Origin: a virus
Lineage: Duplodnaviria > Caudoviricetes
DNA: 60,654 nucleotides
Reading direction: 5' to 3' (one strand)
Virus record (IMG/VR): IMGVR_UViG_3300023174_000180
Coordinates: 1-60,654 of that record
Shown here: positions 8,233 through 17,946 of the stretch, one piece after another
Position numbering within the stretch: position 1 is the stretch's first letter
Layout of the letters: each line of letters opens with the position of its first letter
Position numbers and translations under genes: made by a program
Notes under the pieces: model-generated
What the model saw: the letters and a program-made list of their open reading frames with translations, nothing else
The model's database searches: none
What the model was told of the DNA's origin: nothing

Positions 8233-9705
8233 ATGGCCATAACATACGGAGAATGGAGTAATGAAATTAAGATTATATTTCCTACTAGGAGTAGTTCGTC
8301 TTCTAGCAGGAGCTCGTCTTCTAGCAGGAGCTCGTCTTCTAGTTCTTCAATAGTCCAAACTTGTCAATCTACTTCATTAAAAGTTACGACAAATAATACT
8401 GAATTTACAGGTCAAATATCAACTCCTCCAGCGCAAGCTACCTCAAACTTACTAAAAATAGATTTATCTAATATAAATTCAGGTAATAATCCAGTTTCTT
8501 ATTATGAGATTTCTATAAATGGAACAATATATAGAACAGAAAATTCTCATTTTGAATTCTTAGGCACTCTTGGTCAGATTTATTTAATACAGGCTAGAGC
8601 AGTATGCGATACAACAATAGTTAGTGGATGTAGATCTTTATCTATGACAATTTCTACAGATAATGCATTGTTCCAAGGTAATATAGATCAGCCACCAGCA
8701 CAAGCCACTTCAAATTTAATAGAAATAGATTTGTCTCAATTAAACACAACTGGAGAATTTGCATTTTATGAAATATTTAAAGACGGAGTAATATATACTA
8801 CTACTGACGATCATTATGAATTTTCTGGTACTACTGGGGAAACTTATCTTATAAAAGCTAGAGCAGTTTGTAATGCTCCATCTTCTAGTTCTTTGAGAAG
8901 TTCCAGTTCTTCAAGAAGCTCCAGCTCTTCAAGAAGCTCCAGCTCTTCAAGAGTTTCCAGCTCTTCAAGAAGCTCTAGTTCTTTTAGTATTTCTAGCGTT
9001 TCTAGTTCTTCTAGTGAGTCTTACGCTTTACAAGGCAATTTAAGTGTTTCTATCATAAGAACTGATTCTGCCACTAGAGAAGTTTTCTTTAATGTAACTG
9101 CAGATGGCCAATTAATTGATTCTGACACAAGGCAAACAGATTTAGCTAATCTAACAACTTGGGGAACTCAAAGAAATTTCTTGCAATATAGATTCGTAAA
9201 TGCTGATGCTGCATTGCCTTATGGAAGTTTAAAAACGAATTGGAAAAATCTTTTTATTTTTGATTTCAATAATAATAAATTTACAGTAGTAACTCAATCA
9301 ACCCAAACAGAAAAATCTTATTTTGATACTTTAAAAAATCAAATTGAGCAAAATAATACAAATGGTGCACTTCCTAATGTTTGGATGGAATTTAGAGTAA
9401 TAAAAACTTTAGATCCAGCATCAATTCAACCTGGTGATTTATTTTCAAAAACTTTTAAACTTAATTATTTATATAATAGTTTTTATTTATCAGATGGAAC
9501 AAATTGTGATGTTGGGGCATGCGGAAACCCAAAGGATTTTTCTGAAAGAGAAGTGCCTCCATGCTCAGGTGTAACATCTGTAGTGACAGCATTTAACGTA
9601 AGCCCATTAGCACACATAACTGATTTAAGTCTACCAACTCTAGACACAGGAGATCCATCTGGTAGAAAAATAGATATAGATGTAGGATGCGAGCCCTGCA
9701 TATAA
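8233..9705 (+). CDS. Ser-rich protein with two FN3-like repeats (probable virion accessory protein)
   Basis: Duplicated ~86-aa unit (PPAQATSNL...YEI...Y-L-I-x-ARAVC) flanked by poly-Ser/Arg tracts. Confidence 0.7.
   Translation: MAITYGEWSNEIKIIFPTRSSSSSSRSSSSSRSSSSSSSIVQTCQSTSLKVTTNNTEFTGQISTPPAQATSNLLKIDLSNINSGNNPVSYYEISINGTIYRTENSHFEFLGTLGQIYLIQARAVCDTTIVSGCRSLSMTISTDNALFQGNIDQPPAQATSNLIEIDLSQLNTTGEFAFYEIFKDGVIYTTTDDHYEFSGTTGETYLIKARAVCNAPSSSSLRSSSSSRSSSSSRSSSSSRVSSSSRSSSSFSISSVSSSSSESYALQGNLSVSIIRTDSATREVFFNVTADGQLIDSDTRQTDLANLTTWGTQRNFLQYRFVNADAALPYGSLKTNWKNLFIFDFNNNKFTVVTQSTQTEKSYFDTLKNQIEQNNTNGALPNVWMEFRVIKTLDPASIQPGDLFSKTFKLNYLYNSFYLSDGTNCDVGACGNPKDFSEREVPPCSGVTSVVTAFNVSPLAHITDLSLPTLDTGDPSGRKIDIDVGCEPCI
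8287..8349 (+). repeat. 18-nt tandem repeat encoding RSSSSS
   Basis: tcgtcttctagcaggagc units. Confidence 0.85.
8896..8985 (+). repeat. 18-nt tandem repeat (about 5 copies) encoding RSSSSS
   Basis: agaagctccagctcttca units. Confidence 0.85.
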
Positions 9706-9712
9706 TAAAAAT

Positions 9713-10993
9713 ATGCCAGCATTAAGATTATATTATAGACCTAGAGGAAATGTCGTACCAATTATTAGTGGTATAGCTTACGACACTAGAAGTTCTACAG
9801 ATCCAATCGAAGTAACTCCAAAAGGTGGCCTTCCTTCTGCTGATCATATTAGGTGTTTTGTATGCAATCATTTGAGATTTGCCACTGTTACGAGCACTAC
9901 ACCAGGTCAACAGATTTCTAATATCATCCCTTGGGGAACTAATTCAAATATTATCAATAATAACGCAAATCTTGTAGCTACTACTAATATTGGCGATATA
10001 AGTGCTGGAGCTTTTCATTTATTAGCCCTAAATAAAGATGGCACAGTAACAGGATGGGGTTCAAACGCTAGTCAACAATTATCATTTTTAAATCATAATT
10101 TAACTAATGTTAAAAAAGTTTCGGCAGGTGGATATCATAGTTTATTTTTATTTAATGATGGAACGATAAGTGGTTGTGGGACTAATTATGGACAGCATAA
10201 TCTAAGATCAGGATATACGAATATTAAAGACGTAAGTGCTGGAGGTTTTCATAGTCTTGTTCTTTTTAATGATGGAACTGTTACGGGTTGGGGAGACGTA
10301 TCAGCTAACCAAGCACAAAATGTACCACAAGGGTTAACTCAAGTTGATCAGATAAGTGCAGGATCATACCATAGCCTAGCTATTATCAAAAATCCTTCAA
10401 ACTCAGCTACTCAATTAACTGGTTGGGGTGGTAGTTATAATTCTATTTATAGAAATGCAGCAGAATTACTGACTGGAGAAATTAGAGAAAATGTATTCGT
10501 TGGATTAAAAAAAGTTTCAGCAGGTACTTCTCATAGTCTGGCTATTTACGAAAAATTTATTCAAAGATCACCAGGCTCCACGATTTATGATAAATTAAGT
10601 TTTGTGACTGGTTGGGGAAATAATTCTCCATCTCAAGTAGATTCCTCTACACCAAACATACATTTAGCTGATGGAGGCAATAATTTAATAAATGCTAAAG
10701 ATATATCTGCCTCCGCTTATCACAATTTAGTTCATTTTAATGATGGAACTGTTACAGGTTGGGGTAACGCAACAGCTTTAGTTAATTTTAATAATGGTTT
10801 TTATGATAAAATTTCAGCAGGTTATGATTATTCTGTAGGAGTAAAGACTTCTACTCCTCCATTTACAGTAGAAAATTTAGATAATAATTGGCCATTTAAT
10901 GATTTATATTTTAAAGGTTGCGAAGTAGTCCTAGAACCATGTTTTTACGAATACAAATTACCACTTGTAATTAAAAAACGATTAAATAATTAA
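9713..10993 (+). CDS. RCC1/BLIP-II repeat beta-propeller protein
   Basis: Repeated (I/V)SAGxxHSLxLxxDGTVTGWG units. Confidence 0.9.
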   Translation: MPALRLYYRPRGNVVPIISGIAYDTRSSTDPIEVTPKGGLPSADHIRCFVCNHLRFATVTSTTPGQQISNIIPWGTNSNIINNNANLVATTNIGDISAGAFHLLALNKDGTVTGWGSNASQQLSFLNHNLTNVKKVSAGGYHSLFLFNDGTISGCGTNYGQHNLRSGYTNIKDVSAGGFHSLVLFNDGTVTGWGDVSANQAQNVPQGLTQVDQISAGSYHSLAIIKNPSNSATQLTGWGGSYNSIYRNAAELLTGEIRENVFVGLKKVSAGTSHSLAIYEKFIQRSPGSTIYDKLSFVTGWGNNSPSQVDSSTPNIHLADGGNNLINAKDISASAYHNLVHFNDGTVTGWGNATALVNFNNGFYDKISAGYDYSVGVKTSTPPFTVENLDNNWPFNDLYFKGCEVVLEPCFYEYKLPLVIKKRLNN

Positions 10994-11001
10994 AATATAT
11001 T

Positions 11002-11030
11002 TAGAATATTTTAATTTAAATAGATATAAT
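11002..11030 (+). promoter_or_regulatory. sigma70-like promoter for the sigma/terminase operon
   Basis: TAGAAT-N17-TATAAT; ATG 5 nt downstream. Confidence 0.6.
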
Positions 11031-11035
11031 ACTCT

Positions 11036-11470
11036 ATGTTAAAGGCATATTGTTCAAATTGCGGATCTCCAACAGAATATTCTTTAGCTAAACCTAAATT
11101 TTGCACTAATTGTGGTTTTTCTTTTATAAATAATACACCTGTAGCGAATAAATCAATTCAAGTTCAACATCCAGTTAAAGCTAAAAGGATAATTAATGAA
11201 GACCACGATGAATATGAAGATGAAAACGTAGAAGTTGAAGAAATTAAAGAATTACCAAATATTGAAAATTTAGATTTTGACATAACAATCTCTCCTTCAA
11301 ATATTGAAAAAATTGGAGATTTGGCTGGTACATCAAAAGAAAATTTATTAAGAAGACAAGAGGATAATACGGCTTCACAAGCTGATGAAAAATTTTTAGA
11401 AAATTTTGCTAAAGAAGCTGGAGCTATTCGCCCAAAAAATCGCGTTAGAAAGTTGAAAAATGGCGAGTAA
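11036..11470 (+). CDS. zinc-ribbon protein with acidic middle
   Basis: YCSNCG...KFCTNCG. Confidence 0.8.
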   Translation: MLKAYCSNCGSPTEYSLAKPKFCTNCGFSFINNTPVANKSIQVQHPVKAKRIINEDHDEYEDENVEVEEIKELPNIENLDFDITISPSNIEKIGDLAGTSKENLLRRQEDNTASQADEKFLENFAKEAGAIRPKNRVRKLKNGE

Positions 11471-12146
11471 AAAAACCATAAAATTTGAAAACTATATTAG
11501 GGAGATAGACCAAGAAATAACAAAAAGAAAACATAAGTGGAATTTGACTGCGATTGCTTGGATGGATTTTAATGACGTATCTCAAATATTAAGATTTCAT
11601 ATTTATAGAAAATGGCATTTATATGACCAAAACAAACCGCTAGCTCCATGGATTAACAGAATCATAAGTAATCAAATCAAAAATTTAATAAGAAACAATT
11701 ACAGTAATTATACAAGGCCATGCTTGAAATGTTCTGCTGCTGAAAATGAAGATGGATGCGCTATTTACAGTAAGCAATGCTCTCAATGTCCACTATACGC
11801 AAATTGGGAAAAAAATAAAAAAATTGCTCATGATACAAAATTGACTTTAAGTTTAGACAATCATGCAATAGAGGTTAATAGAATTCCAAACGAAAATTTT
11901 AACATAGAAGAATCTGCTAAAAATTTACATTTCAAAATGGAAAAAGTTTTAAAACCTATAGAGTGGAAAGCTTATAAATTGTTGTATGTAGATGGAAAAA
12001 ATGAGCAGCAGGTAGCTAAATTAATGGGATACAGAACAACGGAAAAGAATAGAATGGCTGGATATAAACAAATTAAAAATCTAAAGAAAGCTATAATGCA
12101 TAAAGTAAAAAAACATTTGTATAATGGCGACGTTGATATTATATGA
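11460..12146 (+). CDS. phage sigma70/ECF-like factor with Cys-rich insert
   Basis: Region 2-like YDQNKPLAPWINRIISNQIKNLIR; insert CLKC...C...CSQC; region 4 HTH-like LKPIEWKAYKLLYVDGKNEQQVAKLMGY. Confidence 0.75.
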   Translation: MASKKTIKFENYIREIDQEITKRKHKWNLTAIAWMDFNDVSQILRFHIYRKWHLYDQNKPLAPWINRIISNQIKNLIRNNYSNYTRPCLKCSAAENEDGCAIYSKQCSQCPLYANWEKNKKIAHDTKLTLSLDNHAIEVNRIPNENFNIEESAKNLHFKMEKVLKPIEWKAYKLLYVDGKNEQQVAKLMGYRTTEKNRMAGYKQIKNLKKAIMHKVKKHLYNGDVDII

Positions 12147-13237
12147 GCGAAGAAATTTTAATTCTAACGGAAGAGCATCAGTTAATCCTATTGAAGGAAT
12201 GGAATGATCGTCCACATAATCCACCATCTTTAGCTGAACTTGTTAAATTAGCTTTTGGTAGAGATGATTTAGACGGTAGAAGTAAAGAAGGTAAAGCTGT
12301 AAAACAATTTTTAGCGTCTAGGCAGATAAAACCTAAAAAAAGTCATGAATATGAAGCCAAAGGTTTAATAGATTTAACAAATGATCAAAAAGAATACATA
12401 AGTAATAATTGTAATACTATGACTGGTATTGAAATGGCTAAGATTATTTTTAAAAATGAATCATTGACTAATTTATCTCAAGAAACTAGAAGCGTGTTGG
12501 AATACATGAAAGTTATTCCAACTAATATAAAATTCAATAATACAGAAAACGAAGAGGCAGCTTCTGGCGATTATAAACCCCCAAGAAGCGAAGAAAGAAT
12601 GGTTGCAAAAATTAATAAATATGTTTTAGATGGAATTGATAAAACTAAAATTACACATGGCCAAAAAAGAGAAATTATAGCTCTAATTGGATACATGAAT
12701 ACTCATAGATTTATTCATCAAATTAATCTTTATGATAATGAACCAGATAGAGAATTATTTGAAAGTAGTTTTATAAGATATACTTATAATAAAGCTGACT
12801 TGACTCAAGAAGAAGTAGATCAATATATAGTCCTTTGTACAGAAGTTTTAATATCTTCTAATATTCAGCAAACAATCTCTGTACTTCAAAATCAAATTGA
12901 ATTAGCTATTCAAGATGATGGAAAAATTCCAATGGCTATAGTGGAAGCAAGTAATACGGCCAGAAAAGAGTATAACGATTGCGTAAATCGTCAACAAAAA
13001 TTAAATAATGATCTTAAAGTTAAAAGAAGTGAAAGATTAAGCAAGCAAGTTAAAGATACAGCTTCTATAATAAATCTTGTTCAGATGTGGAAAGAAGAAG
13101 AAAGTCGAGCTAAATTAATTAAAATGGCAGAAATGAGAAAAAAGACTTTGGAAAAAGAAATAGACAGATTATCTTCAATGGACGAAGTAAAATGTAAAAT
13201 TTTAGGTATTTCTAGAGATGAAATTTTAAATGGATGA
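12143..13237 (+). CDS. hypothetical protein of the packaging operon (possible terminase small subunit)
   Basis: HTH-like N-terminal helices, C-terminal coiled coil, ATGA-coupled and upstream of TerL; function inferred from position only. Confidence 0.5.
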   Translation: MSEEILILTEEHQLILLKEWNDRPHNPPSLAELVKLAFGRDDLDGRSKEGKAVKQFLASRQIKPKKSHEYEAKGLIDLTNDQKEYISNNCNTMTGIEMAKIIFKNESLTNLSQETRSVLEYMKVIPTNIKFNNTENEEAASGDYKPPRSEERMVAKINKYVLDGIDKTKITHGQKREIIALIGYMNTHRFIHQINLYDNEPDRELFESSFIRYTYNKADLTQEEVDQYIVLCTEVLISSNIQQTISVLQNQIELAIQDDGKIPMAIVEASNTARKEYNDCVNRQQKLNNDLKVKRSERLSKQVKDTASIINLVQMWKEEESRAKLIKMAEMRKKTLEKEIDRLSSMDEVKCKILGISRDEILNG

Positions 13238-14169
13238 GTATTATATGCAAAGTAGATGGTAAAGAGTTCAAAGATGAAAAAAGTCTTCATCTTGCTCTTA
13301 GGGGTTATGGCTTAAATAAAGAAAAATATTATCATCAATATTATCCCAAGAAAGATTTGTTAACTGGAGAAACAATAAACTTTAAAACTAAAGAGCAGTA
13401 TTTAAATAGCGATTTTAACGATAAAAATAATATGAAGAAGTGGCTTAAATCTCAGCCATTAGAAAAATCTAAGGAATACTGCATTGATTTATTAAAAAAA
13501 AGAAAAAAAGATAAAAATTTAATTTATAGCCCTTCTCAAATAGAGCTTAGAACAATTATGAGCCCTTCTATAGTTTTCTATAATAAAATTTTTGATGATT
13601 ATTATGATGTTTGCTCTAGTTTAGGGTTAGAGAATAAGTTTATTCATCCTAAAAATATATCAAATCAATTTAATTTTAAATTAACTAAAGACGATACTAT
13701 GTATGTAGACACCAGAGAGCAAAATTGGTTAAAATTTAATATACCATTTGAGATTAAAACATTACCTTATGGGGACTATACATGTAGTAATGATAATTGC
13801 AATTGCTATATAGAAAGAAAAAGTTTAAGTGATTTTATAAGCACACTAAGCGTAGGAAATCTAGAAAGATTTAAAAAAGAAATACAAAAAGCTCATCAAA
13901 ATGGATCATATCTGGTTGTAGTAATAGAAGAAAAGCTCCAGAATGCTTTGAGCTTTCAATACTTGCCTCATATTAGTAAAAAAATTAAAGCTACTCCAGA
14001 GTTTATATTTCACAACGTAAGATCACTACTACAGGAATATGATAATTTACAATTCTTATTTGTTGATGGTCGAGAAGAAATGAAAAGAACAATAGAGGCT
14101 ATATTAGCATCTAAATGTTTTTATAAAAAAGCAGATCTTCAACTAGCTTACGATTTAAAACTTTTATGA
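13234..14169 (+). CDS. ERCC4/XPF-type nuclease domain protein
   Basis: VDTREQ, LPYGDY, YIERKSLSDF; degenerate zinc-finger-like N-terminus. Confidence 0.8.
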   Translation: MSIICKVDGKEFKDEKSLHLALRGYGLNKEKYYHQYYPKKDLLTGETINFKTKEQYLNSDFNDKNNMKKWLKSQPLEKSKEYCIDLLKKRKKDKNLIYSPSQIELRTIMSPSIVFYNKIFDDYYDVCSSLGLENKFIHPKNISNQFNFKLTKDDTMYVDTREQNWLKFNIPFEIKTLPYGDYTCSNDNCNCYIERKSLSDFISTLSVGNLERFKKEIQKAHQNGSYLVVVIEEKLQNALSFQYLPHISKKIKATPEFIFHNVRSLLQEYDNLQFLFVDGREEMKRTIEAILASKCFYKKADLQLAYDLKLL

Positions 14170-16010
14170 TAGAGTGCCCTAATAAATATATCAAAGAAAT
14201 AAAAGATGTTAACGCTGAGTTAGCTCAACTTAAAGGCTTTCTTAACGACAAAGAGGCTAAAATAAGTTTAGCAAAATTTTTAAGAGCTAACATAGGTTTT
14301 ACAACAGAACTTATAAGTGGAGTTAAGTTGGCTCCATATCAAGAGATACATCTTAAAGCATTTTTTAATAGAAATTTTAATATGTGTGTCTTTGGTCGTG
14401 GTTGCGGTAAGAGTTTTATGGCTGCAGTTTTTTGTTTTCTTCAATGCGTTTTTGAACCTAATACAAAAATTTTAATAGCTGGCCCTACATTCAGAACTGC
14501 GCGTTTTATATTTAGTAATTTAGAAAAAATAGTCGATAGTCCAGGTGCAGAATTATTAGCTCAATGTTTTGGAGCAAAAGCTAAAAGAAATGATCAATTT
14601 GAATGGCAAATTAATGGAGGAAGCATTGTTGCTATCCCTCTCAACGGAGAAAAAATTCGAGGCTTTCGTGCCAATATTCTTGTGCTTGACGAGTTCCTTT
14701 TGCTTCCAGAAGAAATTATTAAAAACGTTTTAATGCCATTCTTAGTAGCTCCTCAAAACATTAAAGAGAGAATGGAGATTAGAGAATTAGAGGATAAATT
14801 GATTTCAGAAGGCGTTATGAAAGAAGAAGACCGAATGGTTTTTGAAAATACGAGTAAAATGCTTGCGTTTTCTTCTGCGAGCTTTACTTTCGAAAATCTT
14901 TATAAAACTTATAAAGAATGGTGCGAAAAAATTACCAATAATGAAAAAGGAGAAGCTACATATTTTGTAAGTCAAATCAGTTATGAAGCTCTGCCAGAGG
15001 AAATGATTGATAAAACGATTATTGAGGAAGCTCAGAATGGTGGAGCAAGTCATAGTAGTTTTTTAAGAGAATATTGTGCAAGATTTACAGATGGAAGTGA
15101 TAGTTATTTTAATGCAAAAAAAATGGAAGAATGTACTTTGAAATTAGGAGAAAGACCTCATACATTAGTAAAAGGAAATCCAAATAAAAAATATGTTCTT
15201 GGTATCGATCCGAATATGAGTGATAGTCCTAATGCGGATTATTTTGCTATGGCAGTTTTAGAGATAGACGAAGAAAAAAAACAGGCTATATTAGTTCATA
15301 CTTATTCTGGTTTAGGTAATTTAAAGAATCACGTTGCATATTTATATTATATCATGACTAATTTTAATATAGTTATGATGATTCTTGATAATGCAGGAGC
15401 AGATGTATTTTTATCTGCATGTAATGAATCTGAATTATTTAAAAAACATAAATTACATATAAATACATTTGATATAGACTCTGATTTAGAAGGAGTAGAT
15501 TATGAATTAATGATTAGAAATGCTAGAGGTAAATATAATTTAGAAGATAAAAGAATTGCTTTTAATCAAGTATTTACAAGCACATTCATAAGAAGAGCAA
15601 ACGAATACTTGCAGGCTTGTATTGACTATAAGAGAATATGGTTTGCCAGCAGAACAGCTTCAGATGAAACATTTTTTAATGAATCTGTTAATTTGACTAT
15701 ACCAATAGACTTATTAAAAGTAGAAGAAAAAAAGGACTGGACTATTCTAGACTTTATAGAAAACCAAGACGATTTTATATATCAAACTAAAAAACAATGT
15801 GCTCTTGTAGAGCATTCTTCGACTAGCAGAGGAACCCAAACATTCGATTTACCTCAGCACTTAAAAAGAAGCACATCGGCCAATAAAGCTAGAAAAGACA
15901 ATTATTCAGCATTAATGTTAGCTAATTGGGCTTTCAAATGCTATAATGATATGATGAGCCAACCAGAAAAAATAGAAAATCCAACTTTTTCTCCTATAAT
16001 GATAAAATAA
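14166..16010 (+). CDS. terL: terminase large subunit
   Basis: LAPYQ motif, GRGCGKS Walker A, ILVLDEF Walker B, FLREYCARF, LGIDP nuclease motif, C-terminal RKDNYSA; directly before portal. Confidence 0.92.
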   Translation: MIECPNKYIKEIKDVNAELAQLKGFLNDKEAKISLAKFLRANIGFTTELISGVKLAPYQEIHLKAFFNRNFNMCVFGRGCGKSFMAAVFCFLQCVFEPNTKILIAGPTFRTARFIFSNLEKIVDSPGAELLAQCFGAKAKRNDQFEWQINGGSIVAIPLNGEKIRGFRANILVLDEFLLLPEEIIKNVLMPFLVAPQNIKERMEIRELEDKLISEGVMKEEDRMVFENTSKMLAFSSASFTFENLYKTYKEWCEKITNNEKGEATYFVSQISYEALPEEMIDKTIIEEAQNGGASHSSFLREYCARFTDGSDSYFNAKKMEECTLKLGERPHTLVKGNPNKKYVLGIDPNMSDSPNADYFAMAVLEIDEEKKQAILVHTYSGLGNLKNHVAYLYYIMTNFNIVMMILDNAGADVFLSACNESELFKKHKLHINTFDIDSDLEGVDYELMIRNARGKYNLEDKRIAFNQVFTSTFIRRANEYLQACIDYKRIWFASRTASDETFFNESVNLTIPIDLLKVEEKKDWTILDFIENQDDFIYQTKKQCALVEHSSTSRGTQTFDLPQHLKRSTSANKARKDNYSALMLANWAFKCYNDMMSQPEKIENPTFSPIMIK

Positions 16011-16012
16011 AA

Positions 16013-16018
16013 GTGTAA
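16013..16018 (+). promoter_or_regulatory. GTGTAA putative late-promoter motif
   Basis: 13 nt before ATG 16032. Confidence 0.7.
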
Positions 16019-16031
16019 TAATTGAAGTAAA

Positions 16032-17945
16032 ATGTCCAAAAAAATACAAAAAAGCCCAAAAAATACCAAAGATGATATCGGCCAGCCTCTTATGGTTGCA
16101 TCTGCTTCCAATAACTATGAGAGTATAGCTTCTTCCCAAGATAGTACTACTACCACAAGAAGAAACGCTGCTTCTACAATAACCAGAACAGACAGATATA
16201 AGAATATTGATGATGGATTAATACCATTCAAATATTCATTGGGCATCAAGAACAGCTCTAATATGAATGTTAGAGATGCTGTAATTTTGTGTCAAAAAGC
16301 TTATTATAATTTTTCTATTTTTAGGAATACTATAGATTTAATGACCGAATTTTCTACAAGTAATATCTTCTTCAGAAATGGAAGTCAAAAAAGTAGAGAC
16401 TTTTTCTCTGCACTTTTTAGAAAAATTAATGTTCACGAACTACAGGATAAGTTTTTTAGAGAGTACTACAGAAGCGGGAACGTGTTCTTGTATAGATTTG
16501 ATAATAAAATAAAAGAAGAAGATGCTCAAAAAATTACTCAGACATTTGGTGCTATATCTAACGCTTCAATAGATCTTCCAGTTAAATACATTATATTAAA
16601 TCCAGCTGATATCCAAATTGGTGGAACTATTAATTTTTCTTCTGGTAAATTTTATAAAATTATAAGTGATTACGAATTAGAGAGATTAAAAAATCCAAGA
16701 ACAGATGAAGACAGGGAAGTTCTTAATGCTTTACCTCCAGAAACTAAAAAATTAATTCAAAGTAAGACTTTAGGAGTTTTAACTCTACCATTAGACAATG
16801 ATAGACTTTGTGCCGTTTTTTATAAAAAGCAAGATTACGAGCCATTCGCAGTACCAATGGGTTTTCCAGTTCTCGAAGATATAAATTGGAAAGCTGAAAT
16901 GAAGAAGATGGATATGGCGATAACTCGCACAACTCAACAAGCTATTCTTTTAGTAACCATGGGCACAGAGCCAGAAAAAGGTGGAGTAAATCAAAAGAAT
17001 TTGGAAGCGATGCAAAAACTTTTCGAAAATCAAAGTGTTGGAAGAGTTTTGATTGCTGATTATACAACAAAAGCTCAATTCGTTATTCCAGATATAGCAA
17101 GCTTAATTGGTCCTCAAAAATATGAAGTAGTTGATAGAGATATTCAAATTGGCTTGAATAATATTCTAATAGGAAATGAAAAATTCGCTAATCAAAGCAT
17201 CAAAGTTCAAGTATTTATAGAAAGATTAAAGCAGGCTAGACAATCATTTATTAATGAATTTTTAATTCCAGAGATCAGGAGAATCAGTAAAGAGTTAGGA
17301 TTCAAAAATTTTCCAACTCCATATTTTGAAGATATTGATTTAAAAGATGACGTTCAATATTCTAGAATTTATACTAGATTAGTTGAGTTAGGAGTATTGA
17401 CTCCAGATGAAGGAATCAAAGCTATAGAAACAGGTATACTACCTAATCAAGAAGAGTCTCAGGAAAGTCAAAACTCTTTCAAAGCTCTTAGAGATAAAGG
17501 CTTGTATCAACCACTGATTGGTGGAGCAAAAGCTAATGAAGCTGGTAGACCACAAGGATCAACAGGAGTTCCACAATCTACAAAACAAGTCAGCCCAATT
17601 GGTCAAGGCAAACAATCCAAAGCTAGCGAAGATAAATTTAGCTTTTTGAAAGTGAAAGAAAATCTTATAGCTGCTCAAAAATTAGAAGAAGAAGTAGCTG
17701 CTTCGCTTCGTAAGAAGCATAATCTTAAAAAGCTAAGTTATTCTCAAAAAGAAATAGCAGAACAAATTTCTAAAATCATTATTGCTAATGAAAGTCCAGA
17801 AAATTGGTCTTCTAAAATAGAAAATTATATAAAAGAACCAATAGATAAAAATCAAGAAGTTGTATCCAATATAAATTCAATAGCTTGCGAGCATCAACTC
17901 GATAGTTATCTAGCAAGCATACTTTATCACAGCAAGGTAAAATAA
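16032..17945 (+). CDS. portal protein
   Basis: Follows TerL; 637 aa; FRNTIDLM and FFREYYRSGNVFLY portal-like segments. Confidence 0.8.
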   Translation: MSKKIQKSPKNTKDDIGQPLMVASASNNYESIASSQDSTTTTRRNAASTITRTDRYKNIDDGLIPFKYSLGIKNSSNMNVRDAVILCQKAYYNFSIFRNTIDLMTEFSTSNIFFRNGSQKSRDFFSALFRKINVHELQDKFFREYYRSGNVFLYRFDNKIKEEDAQKITQTFGAISNASIDLPVKYIILNPADIQIGGTINFSSGKFYKIISDYELERLKNPRTDEDREVLNALPPETKKLIQSKTLGVLTLPLDNDRLCAVFYKKQDYEPFAVPMGFPVLEDINWKAEMKKMDMAITRTTQQAILLVTMGTEPEKGGVNQKNLEAMQKLFENQSVGRVLIADYTTKAQFVIPDIASLIGPQKYEVVDRDIQIGLNNILIGNEKFANQSIKVQVFIERLKQARQSFINEFLIPEIRRISKELGFKNFPTPYFEDIDLKDDVQYSRIYTRLVELGVLTPDEGIKAIETGILPNQEESQESQNSFKALRDKGLYQPLIGGAKANEAGRPQGSTGVPQSTKQVSPIGQGKQSKASEDKFSFLKVKENLIAAQKLEEEVAASLRKKHNLKKLSYSQKEIAEQISKIIIANESPENWSSKIENYIKEPIDKNQEVVSNINSIACEHQLDSYLASILYHSKVK

Positions 17946-17946
17946 T

